Source of the DNA: Azolla caroliniana
Taxonomy: Eukaryota; Plantae; Polypodiophyta
DNA length: 64,000 nucleotides
Reading direction: 5' to 3'
Assembly (NCBI GenBank): GCA_043228905.1
Contig: JBHGNT010000012.1
Location: 11,470,001 to 11,534,000, forward strand
Part shown: positions 1-13,280 of the stretch, one piece after another
Position numbering within the stretch: the first letter of the stretch is position 1
Layout: each line of letters begins with the position of its first letter
Position numbers and translations under genes: made by a program
Notes under the pieces: generated by a model
What the model was told of the DNA's origin: nothing
Seen by the model: only the letters and a program-made list of their open reading frames with translations
Database searches by the model: none

Positions 1-117
1 CTTTTGGACTCTTCCGCGGATCCGCCCTCGGCTTCTTTAGCCGATCCGAAGTCGAATTTGTCATCCGACTCGATTCCGCTCCCTTCCTGCTCCCTTGCTC
101 GGTCTTTCGAGACTATT

Positions 118-2750
118 CTCCCCCTCAAGTTTGGCACGTTGAGGTGACACAACCCAAGCGCACCCGAGAATTTCCGCAACTTGTCCAGACCAAGGGGCTT
201 GGTGAAGATGTCGGCAGTTTGCCGATCCGTCGGAACATACTGAAGTTCGACTTCACCAGAAAGGACACGCTCACAGACAAAATGGTAGTGCACCTCAATG
301 TGCTTGGTCCGTGCGTGGAAAACGAGGTTCTTCGTGAGCTAGATGTTGCTGGGGTTGTCGTAGTAGATCGTCGTCGGATCAGACACCTCCTCTTGCAGGT
401 TCTTAAGTAGCCGCTTCAACCAAATGGCTTCGCATGTCGCGACAGCCGCTCCTCGGTACTCAGCTTCGGTGCTCGACAATGCAACTGTTGGTTGCTTCTT
501 AGTGCTCCACGCTATCGTGGCACTCCCAAGAGAGAACGCGTATTCGGACGTGGATCGGCGATCGGCGGCGCTGCCAGCCCAATCAGCATCATACGTACGT
601 ACCGCAGTCCCCGGTCCCTAGTGCCGCTTACGTCAGTACGCGTTGCGCACACTGAAGGTGCTCCTCGGTAGGTCGCACCATGAACTGACTGATCACCCCG
701 ACCGGATAACTGAGATCAAGTCAGGTGATTGTCAAGTAGATAAGGCTTCCAACAATTTGTTGGAACCTCGTCGGGTCGCATAACTTTCCGGAATTGGGGC
801 GAAGCTTGATGGTTCTATCCAAGGGAGTCGAGACAGACTTATAGTCGGCCATCCCGAATTTGAAGAGCATACTCAGCATATAATGGCGTTGGTTGATCAA
901 TATGCCTTCGGGGGTACGAATCACTTCGATCCTGAGGAAGTAATGAAGATCCCCCAGATCCTTCATGTCGAACAATGCCGCAAGCTGGAGCTTCACAGTC
1001 GATTTCTCCTAGGTCGGTGCCTGTGATGACCAAGTCATCAACATATAGTAAAATACTGACCGGACCGAGTCGACCTTTCTGGATGAACAGTGAGGAGTCC
1101 AGTTTTGACGTCGCAAAGCCCATCCAACGCAGTCGTTGTGTGATCTTCGCGTTCCAGGCACACGGGGCTTGCTTTAGTCCATAAAGGGACTTCTTCAATC
1201 GGCACAATGTCGACGTGTTCGTTCCGGAGTGAAATCTGGGGGGCTGTACCATGTACACCTGTTCCTCAAGCTCACCTTGCAGGAACGCATTCTTTATATC
1301 CATCTGATGTAAGTGCCACCCCTTTGCCGCAGCTATCGCGAGCAAAACACGGACGGTCGTCATCTCCGCGACCGGCGCAAACGTCTCATCGTAGTCGATG
1401 GCATGTTTTTGCGCATAGCCTTTTGCCACTAACCGGGCCTTGTATTGGTTGACCGAGCCGTCGGTGTTGTACTTGACCTTGTACACCCACCTACATCCGA
1501 TCGGCTTCACACCCTTCGATGCATCAACCAGGTCCCAGGTCTCGTTTTCCGCCAATGCGTGCATCTCTTCCTCCATCGCGGCGCGCCAATTTACGTCCTT
1601 AGCTGCTTCTGCGTAGCTCTCCGGCTCACGCACTTCCGCTACACGGGTCATGTACGCAGAATGATGCACCATGTACTCGTTGTATCCGAACCGCACAACT
1701 GGGTTTTTCTGGCAGGTAGATCAGCGTAATCGGTCATTAGCTGATGTCGAGGTCTTCTCAGCCGACACGGACTTTGCTCTTGAAGACCCGTCACCGCTTC
1801 CCTCGAGGTCGGACTCGCGTCGGTCTGACTCGTTCCTATCTGTGCCGGAATCCGACACCTTCTTCTTCCCTTTCTCTTTGCGCGTAAGCCGTCTCCTCGG
1901 CTTCCTGCGCAGGGAATGCACGACCGAGTCTCCACTACTCGCCGGCTCTTCATTGGATTGGTCGAACCGACTTAGTCGTCCATTCGGTCCACTTAACCGA
2001 AACGAAATCGGACTCTCTTCGCGGGTCCTGATTTCATGCACATCCGGAGGCATCTCAGTCTTGCTGACCTCATCGTCAGAGCTCGGATTGGAGTTGAGAT
2101 CCGGAGTCGGAGGCAAGTACCAGGACGCGGACTCATCAAACACAACGTCACGGCTCACGCGCGCTTGTTTGGTGTGCGGGTTATAACACTTATAACCCTT
2201 CTGCTCATCCGAGTAACCAACCAAGATACATTTCTCGGCCTTTGCGTCCAGCTTCCTCTGTTTCTCCTTCGGCACATTCACATACGCAATGCTACTGAAA
2301 ACTCGTAAGTGTCGCAAGTTCGGCTTCGTTCCGAAATATAGCTCGTGCGCCGACACTTTGTCTCCGATCCGATTCTGGATGTATACCGCGGTCCTTACCG
2401 CCTCGGCCCAGTAGAACTTGGGCAAGCTCTTCTCCTCCAACATTGCCCGTGCCGCTTCCACAACCGACCGATTTTTCCTCTCGGCCACGCCGTTTTGCTC
2501 CGGCGTGTATCTACAACTGAATTCGCGCTGAATTCCCATCTATTGTAGATAACCGTTGAATTGACCGGAAAAGTATTCTTTTCCGCCATCCGACCGCAGG
2601 CACTTGATCTTTCTTCCTGTTTCCGTTTCCACGAACCCTTTGAGGTCCCCAAAACAGTCGAAGACTTCGCTCTTCCTCTCAATGAGGTAGATCCACGTGT
2701 GCTGCGTGTAGTCGTCGATGAAGGAGACGAAGTATCGGCTCCCACCAATA
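118..2750 (-). pseudogene. pol: Ty1/copia pol (integrase-RT-RNase H), degenerate, ending at a PPT
   Basis: ORFs 1721-2539 (TPEQNGVAERKNR integrase), 839-1696 (YKARLVAKG, QMDIKNAFL, LLYVDDL) and 721-996; PPT GAGGGGGAG at 118-126 on the - strand. Confidence 0.95.
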
Positions 2751-3550
2751 TCCGGGCCTCTTTGGTCTGAACTTTTCGGTCCGAACTCTTCTTCGAATCG
2801 GTGGTGCCGGTTTCTTTCTCTTTCCAGAAATGCCGACAGTTCTTCTGGAAGTGCCTTGGCTTCCCATAGTAGAAGCAAGTAGGTAGAGCTCTTGACTTCG
2901 ACCTCGTCCCCGACTTTGGGGACTCCAATATCGACCTCTTCCGTGACCAAGGCCTTCGGATTGGTTCCAGACTCCCGGTCCTTCCGGCAAGCTTCTTCAT
3001 CTAGCAAGCTTGACTTTACCCTTGCTAGGGACAATTGTTTTCCTTCCGGCCCGGCGTTGCCCAATGTGACAACTAACGTCTCCCAGCTATTCGGGATGGA
3101 ATCGAGCAGGAGCAATGCGAGTACCTCATCGACGAGAGGTACTTCCAACGAGGTTGCCTAATGTATCAGTCCTTGGAAGGCATTCATGTGCTCCGCCATA
3201 CTGGAGTCGTCTTGGTAATGGAGCCTCACTAGCTTCCGAAATACCGAAACTCGATTAACAACATTCTTGTTCTGGAACATGATGCCGATCTTCTCCCAGA
3301 GTTCATGAGCCTTGCTTTCTTCATTGAAGTTGTTGTACAGGCTCATGTCGATGAAGCACCAGGTGTATGCCGTCATCTTCATGTGCATCACCTCCCATAC
3401 TGTGGCGTCGATCTTGTCCGGTATGTTGTCCCTGAACTATATCCGCAACCAAATATCTTTAACAACCAGCATATCCCTCATCTTCGACTTCCACATTGAT
3501 TAGTTGGAGCCGGTGAGCTTGAACATGTCGCCGAACGTTTCTTCCATTTT
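2751..3550 (-). pseudogene. gag: Tnt1/Tork-like copia gag, truncated after the zinc knuckle
   Basis: LALLLLDSIPNSWETLVVTL and CFYYGKPRHFQKNC; collinear with the gag of element H (52770-53600). Confidence 0.9.
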
Positions 3551-3560
3551 TTGTGTTGTT

Positions 3561-3573
3561 CACTTTGATACCA
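3561..3573 (-). promoter_or_regulatory. PBS, tRNA-iMet
   Basis: TGGTATCAAAGTG 3 nt after the LTR end. Confidence 0.85.
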
Positions 3574-3576
3574 GTT

Positions 3577-4091
3577 TGAAGAGAATAATAGCATGGAATA
3601 TTGCTTGGCCACAACCGAGGCTTCAATACTTCACTTGGAATGAAACACAAAAATGGTAAATGGAGAGTACGCTGAATGGGAAAAACCACGGGAGCCCACA
3701 GACTCCAACTATCACTATATGAGAAAGGTACACTCAGAGCCTCAGAGTCAACGACCTTGAGCTTTGTATCTATGCCAACCGATGGTTATAACAGAGTATT
3801 TCTCTATATCTTACACACACACACACTCTCTCTCTCTGTCGCTCTCTATACAACAGTTACAACAATATGACAACGACATATATTTGATTGCCCTAAGTCA
3901 TATTTATACTTATATGAACTTAGGGCTATTTACAAATATAGCCTCAATAGGCTTACTCAAAACATATTTACAGATATGTCTTCTCTTCCGGTTCTCACCG
4001 GGTGTCCTCCGGTTTCCGGATCTCGTCTGGTTCTCACTGGGGCCTCTTTATTCATCATCGGATCCCATCCGGAGAGACCGATTTCCCAACA
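3577..4091 (-). mobile_element. copia 5' LTR
   Basis: TGTTGGGAAAT...TTCA termini; similar to LTRs 48984-49559, 53625-54192 and 54967-55540. Confidence 0.9.
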
Positions 4092-5040
4092 CTAGCTTCT
4101 CGGTCAATGATGTTCTTTCGATGTGTTCGGAACGACTGTTGTTGATGCCTAAAGGGGCGCCTTCGTGGCCGCCTTCGATGTTGTGTCTTTCGCTAAGCCT
4201 TGGCCATTTTTTCGATCTAGATGGCGGCATTGTGGCTGTGGGCTCCGAGGAGGCAGCTCCCTATTCTGTTCGCTCCATTGGAGGTTCGGCTCCGTGGTTT
4301 CTTGCTATCGCTCTACAAGCCCGGGGGTGTCGTCGGCCGCTTTGACAAGCCCGGACGGTGCGCTTTTTTGAGGGAGCTCCATTTCTTCTTCCTGCCACTC
4401 ACTTGGTCGGAGTTCGCCGACTCGCCTCTTCCGTTCGGAGGTGGGTGTCTACATTGTTGCTTGGCTGACCGGATTGGGAGGTGGAAGCGACGTGACAGGC
4501 AGAAATAGTGCTGTTAAGTATTGCGCAATGATGGAGATAATTTCTTCCCCACCTGGAGGGCTATGAGTCCTGCCTGTAAGGCCACACCTATAATATATCC
4601 CCAGTCGATTGGGGCTTCCTTGTAGGTGGTGATGATCACCCCCGCTTTATGCTTCACCATCCCGTACGATTTTGGGTGCACATTGGCGACTTCCAGCATG
4701 AACTTGGCGACATCCTGGAAGAAAATATCCAGTGCTTGCTAGATTTTGTAGGCCTTGGTAAAAGCTGAGTACCCGCCGAACTATTTTTTGAGCAATGCAG
4801 GTGGGCAGGATCTCTAGGCACTGGTCTCCCAACGAACTGAGGCCAAGCGTCTTGCAAACCATGGCGTTTGTGATGGTGTCAATATTTATCTTGGCGTCGA
4901 TGTCCATAGCGTGCGAATGAGGTTGAGCCTCCGTGATGTGGATGTAACTTGCCAAGCCATGAGCGAGGAGCAGGGGGAATCTCGATGGCCATGGAGACGA
5001 ATGGGTCGTGGACTGAGTGCCAAAGGTGAGCGTAGGTAGA
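4092..5040 (-). pseudogene. degenerate unassigned ORF, possibly a retroelement accessory ORF
   Basis: overlapping - strand ORF fragments (4647-5057, 4514-4699 ...APIDWGYIIGVALQAGL) with no gag/pol motifs. Confidence 0.35.
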
Positions 5041-5046
5041 TGTTGT

Positions 5047-5429
5047 ACTAAAGTCAAAGGACCAAGTATTGTCTTTCTTCAAGGAGTTCCAAGCTAGAGC
5101 GGAAAGAGAGTCGGGTCAGAAGTTGAACAATGGTGGTGAATATAAAGGGCAGTTCGAAGAATACTGCAAAGCCCAAGCTATTTGAATTGAATACACAGTG
5201 CCGAAGACCCCTGAGTTGAACGGGCTTGGAGAGAGGATGAATCGAACAATCATGGAGAGAGTAAAGAGCATGCTCTCTCATGCTAAACTGCCGAAATCGT
5301 ATTCGGCTGAGGCAATGTATACAACTGTTTATATGATCAATAGGTCTCTCTCAATACCATTGAAAGATGATGTCCCACAGAGGGTGTGGACAGGAAAGGA
5401 TGTATCCTACCGACACCTAAGGGTGTTTG
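5047..5429 (+). pseudogene. pol: Tork-like copia integrase fragment (outermost host, left part)
   Basis: PKTPELNGLGERMNRTIMERVKSML...YRHLRVF; the frame resumes at 28707. Confidence 0.9.
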
Positions 5430-5521
5430 TGTCAGGAATAGTACTGAGACAGAGAAGAAATTAGTACTAAGAGAGGAATATTAGTACTAAGAGGAATAGA
5501 GGGTGTAGAACACTTGAGAGA

Positions 5522-5588
<67 letters not shown>

Positions 5589-5887
5589 AAAATGATGATG
5601 ACAGCGATATATTATGTGAGAATAATATACGAGGAAGGCTAGGAGGCTTAAGACTGGCGTTGAACCGATTTGGTTCGAAATAATGCCTTGTGCCTCCTTT
5701 CATAGTGTTCTCAGGAGTAGTCCTGAAGCTTCTAGAATGTTCTAGATAAATCTGGAATAACATTAATTTTCTACAGTAAAACTTAAATAAGAATAATATT
5801 TTATGTATTACAATAGATAGTGTAATGGTCAAGAGCTCGACTCATGTAACATAAGGTCATGGGTTTGAGTGTTGCCATATCATGACA
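5430..5887 (-). repeat. A 3' LTR (contains a (GA)n tract)
   Basis: TGTCATG...CCTGACA on the - strand; matches 28268-28701. Confidence 0.95.
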
Positions 5888-5889
5888 CT

Positions 5890-8800
5890 ATCCCCCCTTT
5901 AAAACAACGAGTGTCACGAGTCATTTTGGATTGAGGACCTGGTTTATCTAGATATTGATGATGGAAATCTTCAAGAAGAGCACGAGCATTGGTCACAACA
6001 CATTCTCTATTGGTTCCCAAGTATGCTTGCTGGGACTATATCCTAGCCAATTGACTAAATAGTAGAGCTTGTTGCAAACAATCTTGGAATCGAGGATGGC
6101 AGCAACCTCGTACTTAGGTCCATCTTCAAGTTCGATCGGTGGTGGAGGTTTTGGAATACGTCCTGGTATGGTGCTGTCTTGATAGGGTTCGAGGAGAGAA
6201 CTATGAAACACCGGATGTATGCGAAGTTGCGGGGGTAGATTGAGACGAAAAGCGATATCATTAATCTTTCTAATAATACGGAAAGAACCTAATCACTGAT
6301 AATCCAACTTCTCACATGGGTGAGTAGTCTTGATGTGTCATCGAATTAGCCATACCCGATCTCCAATGTTAAAACTGTATGGAAGCCGATGACGGTCCGC
6401 GTAAACAATGTGTGTTTGTTGAGCTTGATGTAGATGAGTAGATCAATCTGCTTGTATCTTGCGTAACCGCTGCAAACGATCCTCTGCACAAGGATTTGTG
6501 GGTAACTCTGGGGTTTCAAATACACACCACCGGGGGTGACAACCCATATAAGCATAAAATGGCATAACTTTAGTCGATGAGTGGAGAGAGTTATTATAGG
6601 AAAATTCGGCGAAGTGGAGAATATCCGCCTAGTCATCCTGATGATAGCTTACAAAGCATCGAAGATACTGCTCCAGGGTTTGATTTGTTCATTCTGCTTG
6701 GCCGTCGGTTTGCGGGTGGTAGCTGGAGGAGAGGTTACAAGTGACCTTGAGCATTTTAAAAAGGTGCTTCTAGAATTTCGAGACGAATTGGGGTCCATGA
6801 TCGCTGATGATATTATCAGGAAGGCCATGATGCCGACATACTTCACGCATGACAATTTCAACGGTTTCTTCACTGGAGATTTCCTTAGTACATCGCAAGA
6901 AATGAGCCATCTTCGTATATCGATCTACTACTATTAAAATCGCATCGAATCCCTTAGAGACTGGAAGATCTATGATGAAATCTAGAGCAATGGATTGCCA
7001 TGGCTTGCTTGGAATTGGTATTGGTTCTAATAAACCATATGGATGATGCCTTGACATTTTTTCTCTACACCATGTATCACAAGTCCGAACAAAATCTTCG
7101 ACAAATTGTCGCATATAGGGCCACCAGAATGATCGTTGTACTAAATCTAATATCTTAGTACTACCAAAATGCCCAGTTGTATATGTGTCATGATAGTTTT
7201 GAACTACTCGAAGGCGGTAAGAACCATTAGGAACATACAAGAGTTTCTTAAAGAATAGTAATCCATCATGACATTCGAATTGTCGATAGTCTGTACCTGA
7301 TTGTTGTGACTGTGAACAAGGTGCTCGAGAGGGATCAATTTGTGCTAGAATGGCTTGGGCAAAAGCATATGTCTTCAATTCCTCACGTATGGTATCGATA
7401 ACATGGGAATCCAAGGGCATGTTGAAGACCTGTGTTGCTTATAGGCGTCCGTGCCGGTCCCAAGACTACTTGCTTTTGGTTATCAAAAGTTGGCTCGCTG
7501 GGGCGCGGTGCTAGATATGAACTCTATGATAATGCATCTGCCTTCCCTTGGTGCTTCCCCAGACGATATGTAATTTTGAAGTCGAAACACGTGAGGAATT
7601 GGGTCCACCGAGCTTGACATCGATTTAACACAGGAGCACTTTGAAAGTAGGCAAGGTTTTTGTGATCACTAAATATGGTGACTTGATGAGTGGATCCCTC
7701 TAGAAAATGCCTCCCTCCATTGCGTAAAAGAGTCCACTATTCCTAATAGCTCATCATGAATTTCATAATTGATTTCGGCGGCGTCAAACTTGCATGAGTG
7801 GAAAGCCACATGATGTAGCTTTTCATCATTACCTTGTTGCGATAGAATGCTACCCAATGCGAAATTTGAAGCGTTCGCTTCCATGATGAATGGTTTTTCC
7901 TGATCAACGTGAGTTAAAATAGGAGCCGATGTAAATGCCTTCTTAAGATTCTCAAAAGCCATGTCCGTTTCTTCAGACCAAATGAACGATTGTCCCTTCT
8001 TAGTAAGTTATGTGAGAGGCAGAACAAGCTTTGAGTAATCATGTATAAACTTCCGGTAGAAATTGGCAAAGCCTAAAAAGGATTGCACATCTCGCAACGA
8101 ACGCGGAGTTTGCCACTCTACCACCGTTTTGACCTTAGCTGGGTCCATGGAGATGCCTTCCGAGGAGATGACATAGCCCAGAAATTCCACCTGGTTGCAC
8201 CCAAAACTACATTTTTCCAGCTATGCATAAAGACCATGTTCTCGAAGTCGTTTTAGTACTAACAGTACATGAGAATCATGGTCTTCTTGGGTCTTCAAAT
8301 AAACCAACAGATCATCCAAATAGATGATCAAACAAACATCCAAGAGATCTCAAATATATCATTTGCCATGTGCTGGAACACTGCTGGCGCATCAGTGAGG
8401 CCAAATGGCATGACCGTAAACTCGAAGTGCCCATATCTGGTGCGAAATGCGGTCTTCCATTCATCTCCTAGTCGGATCCGTACGAGGTTATATGCTTCCC
8501 CGTAAGTCGCTCTTCGTGAAGAACCTTGCACCATTGATCCGTTCTAAAAGACTTGAGATAAGGGGAAGTGCATACCTATTTCTGATGGTAACCTTATTCG
8601 AGCCACGGTAATCTACAATGAGACAAAGTGATCCATCCTTTTTCTTGACAAAGAAAATGGGTGCGCCAGTTGGAGATTTCGAATGCCGAATGAAACCATT
8701 TTCCAAATTCTGCTCTATATAGGTTTGAAGGACTTCTAGCTCTGTTGGTGACAAATTGTAGATCTGTCCTCATGGTGGCTCTTTTCCCGGTTGTAAATCG

Positions 8801-9411
8801 ATGGGGCAATCATACGGTCAATGGTGAGGAAGCGTATTGGCTTGTACTTTATCGAACACATCGGCATAATGATGATACTTCTTTGGAAGTTGAACGGTGG
8901 ACTCCTCTTTAGTGGTGTCAGAGGGTTTTACTAACATTGCTAAGAGAAACATTTTCTTCCTTGCGTCCTTCTTCTTGCAACTGATTTAACGAAATGGTTG
9001 CAAGCTTATGAGTAGATCCTCGGGCTTGTCGATACCGGATTTCTCTTGTTCTCCAATCTATGTCTGGGTTATGTAATTCGAACCATGGTAATCCTAAAAC
9101 AATGGGATGTTCTGGGATACTAATTATATTAAATGATACTACACACGCTAGATTATCTAGGACAATATTAATGGGATCTGACTCTTTTATGATATTTCCA
9201 GAAGCAATGGGACGACCATCAATGACTACTACAAAGGCTGGACACGGGAGTTTTTTGAGAGATATCTGATGAGCTTGGGCAAAATTCCTATCCATGATGC
9301 AAGAATTAGCTCCAGAATCTAGAATTGCTAAGACATGTACTAGAGGGGTACTTTTAGTACTAAATGTTAATTGGGCTACGAACACGTTGCTAACTTGCTT
9401 AGAGGGAATGG
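5890..9411 (-). pseudogene. pol: A pol: protease-RT-RNase H-integrase-chromodomain, with stops and frameshifts
   Basis: [62 protein letters not shown]. Confidence 0.95.
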
Positions 9412-10043
9412 TGTTAGGAAACAAGTCCCTCCGGATGGGAAGTGAGAAGAACAGTGTTGATGAGCAACTCGGCCGAGGCCGAATCCGGATGTGGAGTACC
9501 CGACAAAGGAAGACCCGGTGAGAACCGGATGACAAGTACCCGGCACCGGAAGACCCGGTGAGAACCGGGTGTGGAGTACTCGGCAACGGAAGACCCGGTG
9601 AGAACCGGATGTGGAGTACCCAGCAACGGAAGACTCGGTGAGAACCAGATGACGAGTACCCAGCAAGGAAGACCGGGTGAGAACCGGATGTTGTAGGCCC
9701 AGTGAGAACCGGATGTTGTGGAAGGGACATATATGTAAATATGTTCCAGAGAACCCACTAGGGCTATATTTGTAAATAACCCGAAAGTCATATTAGTATA
9801 AATATGATCTAGGGCAAACTTAATAGAAAACGATAGAGTTATTGGTGTAACCTTTGTATAGTGCGTAAGAGAGAGAGAGAGCGATATACAGAGATTGTGT
9901 CTTTGTTGTAACCACCGTTATCTTGTGTATTCTCTTTTTGTTTTGTGTACTTACCTCCATTCCCATTTCGTCTGTGTTTTGATTGTCATCAAGTGATCTA
10001 CGCTTCGGTTGTGGCCGGAGATTAATCCATGTATTTCCTGACA
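9412..10043 (+). mobile_element. copia solo LTR inserted in A
   Basis: TGTTAGGAA...GACA; perfect TSD aatgg (9407-9411 and 10044-10048). Confidence 0.92.
9480..9720 (+). repeat. ~40-bp tandem repeat, about 5-6 copies, inside the LTR
   Basis: unit approximately GAGAACCGGATGTGGAGTACCCGGCAACGGAAGACCCGGT. Confidence 0.9.
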
Positions 10044-10378
10044 AATGGAACCACTAATGGGATGCACAGATCTAGGGCTGTCCAACCAAACGACTCTTAT
10101 TTTAGTTGGACTTAGTCGTTTAACTCTTCTTCTAACAGACTAAGGACATCAAATTTGTTCGCTAGATTGGGCTATTAGTACTATTAGGACTATAAGATAT
10201 GCCTACTAAAATAAACTCGGGTTTGGTACAATTAGAACTAGCAACTATTTGGTTTACCTACCTTCGTGGCCTATGGGGACAATTTACTACAATATGCCCT
10301 GGTCCACTGCAATAAAGACATAGTCAATTTGCTCGACGTCGCTGCTTTTCTTCTTCTGATAATGGTCCGCGACGACGT

Positions 10379-10922
10379 TGTCGTGAAGATTTTCGGCAAC
10401 GGTGTGAAAATTGCATGGAGGGTACAAAATCGAGTGTGGTTCTTCACACACAATATGAAACAATAATAATGTAAATAAGTTTAATATCTTGGTACAAAAA
10501 GATGGAGATCTTGAAGAGCTTTTGAATGCACGTTGGTATATAACAAACGGACATCTAAGTGTCAAGTTATGTGGGTATGAAGTCTGGAAAAGAAAAAGAG
10601 AAAAATAAAATTGTGAAATATCCCACATAAATAGGAAAAGTTTAGGCTCCATCTCTATAAGTAGATTGAGATCCATCATATTTCATCTATGTGTTAAGAG
10701 CACATAAAAAAATGGTTGGACTTGAGCCACTTTTGTCTAGATGGACATATGTGGCTAAGTCGCCAGATGTGGCTAAATGCCCAAACCAACCGGTGAAGAA
10801 ACTCAAACCGGTCGACGACAGAACCGGAAAACCGGATGGAGCCGGAACTTCAAGTCCTTGTGGTCCAAAAACCCCGGCGGTTCCGCCTCACGATCTGCGC
10901 GTAGTGACGGATCTTCACAACA
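10379..10922 (+). repeat. B 5' LTR (internally deleted)
   Basis: matches both ends of 25934-27254. Confidence 0.9.
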
Positions 10923-10930
10923 TAATTAAG

Positions 10931-10948
10931 TGGTGAACTCGACGTGAA
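10931..10948 (+). promoter_or_regulatory. PBS, tRNA-Trp
   Basis: TGGTGAACTCGACGTGAA, near-complement of the plant tRNA-Trp 3' end (TTCACGTCGGGTTCACCA, recalled). Confidence 0.75.
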
Positions 10949-12014
10949 AGAGGCGGCAGGAAGGATCAAATCGAGGATCAACCGATACTTGGAGATGGCA
11001 TCCTCAAGCAACCAAGCGGGAGAGTTCGAAAGGATGATGCTGTTCGTCGAACAAATGATGAGATCTCAAGACAACGATGCGAGCGTGGAGAAGGCTGTCA
11101 ACCGTGTCGTTGAGCTCGAGGGTCAATTTGATAGAAGGAACATTATGAAGTTTCTTGATGCATACAAAAGGGAGATGAATTAGAGGGACGTGTCTAAATC
11201 AGAGGGACGCGTCAAATCACAAGTTTCAAGAGAGTGGTCGCAAACAACATCCAAAGGCGCGTTATCGAGCTTCAAGAAGGGAAGACAACGTGGTTAGAGT
11301 TCGAGAAAGCGATATTAGTGTTGAGAAATCAATGCGGAATTTAAATCACAATAAACGAACTATGTTGTCGTGTTACTACGCGCGTGCGTGGAGAAACGAG
11401 GCGGGACCGAGGCGGGACCACCGGGGTCTTGAACCGAAGAGCAGGTGATTGAAGGGGAAAGAGAAAGAGAGAGACGCCCGGTTACGTATGAGCAAAGGAA
11501 CACAGGAACACGGCCCGTCAACGCGGAAGACACGAATGGACACAGAGACAGAGAGACACGAATGTTTGTATATTAACGAATGACAAATAAACAACAGAGC
11601 ACGCGCGCGGTTACAACCGAACAGGCCGGCGAACAGATGCCGATGCTTGCTCGTTTGCGCATGAAAGGGGATAGGATGGAGGTGCTGCCGGAAGCACACG
11701 GGCGTTCCTCGAAGCAGCGCGAGCCTCCCGCAAACCTGCAGAGAAGAGCGATGGAGAACGAACAGAGGAGAAGCGTTCCGTTTTGGGTCCGACAACACTT
11801 CGTCCTCCTCAATGCCCTCCTCTCCCCGCGTCTCCCTCTCTTTTATAGCTTCAAGAAGGGAGCCGTTCCCCTCATTAACTCCCTACCTACCGAATCTAAC
11901 TACCTAGCATATATCTTTGTACCTAATTCTCTATTATATACATTAAAGGGCGCGCACTCGTGAAGAGCCGGTTCACGCGCGCTATTCACCGATTGCGCTA
12001 AGGGACGGTTTTCT

Positions 12015-13277
12015 TCACGACATCCGCTCCCACCTAACCGCGCATCCACCGGTATGCGCCAAAATTGGGTTCTGGTTGGAGAAAACCGGTCCAGGTTCCG
12101 GTTCCTCGTCCATCGGTTCGTCCTCCGTTTCGGACTGTTCGTCGTTGCTGTCCAGGCCTCCTAGATCCGGTTCGCCGTCGTGGCGCTTCTTGAATGCTTT
12201 GATCCGCTTCCCTGCTATCGGTATCGCCATCCTCGTACCGTCGAGTTCCGCCAGGTGATACGTCCCGTTGTTTTTGGCGCTCGATACCACGTAAGGCCCG
12301 AACCACCGCTTTGCAAACTTCCGTGTTGCCCGGTGCTGGTTGTCGAGGCTGTTGTCGTAGACTAGCACCCAGTCGCCTTCCTCGATTTTCTTTGGTCGGA
12401 GCCGGTGCGTTCGGTCGAATCGGGCTTTGTTCCTCATCCTCGCCGTCCGAAGTCTCTCCGCCGCTCGTTCCACGTCCTCTGGCCTCCGCTCGAGCTGCCG
12501 TATACGTGCCGCTAGCAGTTCTTCCCGGCTCATCTCGTCTCTCCAGTCCGCTGTTGCCCAAAAGGAGATCGTCCGTTCCATCGGCATGATCGGCTTCTGT
12601 CCGAACATGAGCTCTGACGGCATGAACCCGGTTACCGAACTGTGCGTTGTCCGGTCCGCCCACAAGGCATAAGGTAACAGTCGTGGCCAGTTCCCGACCT
12701 AGCCTCTACACACCCGGACTAGCGCTTTGACGATCGGTCCGTGTCTGCGCTCCACCTTCCCGTTCGCCTCCGGATTGTACGTTGTGGTGAGCGAGAGCTT
12801 GACCCCTAACCGGTCGAACAACTCCTCGGCCTCTTCGACGTCCAACTCCCCGCGGTCAGCCACGATCTTCCTGACGCACCCGTACCGGCATATCACGTCC
12901 TCGATCAGGAACCGACACACGGCCGCGGTCGTTTTGTTCTGCAGGGCTCGGCCTTCCACCTGGTTCGTCAGGTCCTCCCGGGCCAGCACCAGATATCGCA
13001 TCTGCCCTACGCCCATCGGCATCGTCACCAAATCTACCATCCATTTGAAGTGGATGGCCGGAGGGTATGTAGGGTGAAGCTCATCCCGATGTCGGACTAT
13101 GGAGTGTATCTGACAACTCTCACAAGTTGTCACGAACCGATGCACGTCCCGGTACAGTCCCGACCACCAGTACTTCCCCTTTAGTTTCTCGAACGTGGCC
13201 CACGTCCCACGGTGTCCAGCCCAGGGGCTGTTGTGGTAGGCCTTCAGCAACTCCTCCTGTTCCTCCTCCACCGCCAC
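12015..13277 (-). pseudogene. pol: C integrase (HHCC zinc finger, DDE core, GPY motif), split by stops
   Basis: YHNSPWAGH...CESC, VADRGE, YNPEANGKVER, WFGPYVV. Confidence 0.93.
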
Positions 13278-13280
13278 TAC

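Noticed and set aside
8918-9730. 270-aa protein with N-terminal repeats fused to a protease
   Set aside because: Artefact of a solo LTR tandem array read into A pol
11376-11963. ORFs within the C LTRs
   Set aside because: Short, present on both strands, with no motifs; explained by GC-rich LTR sequence
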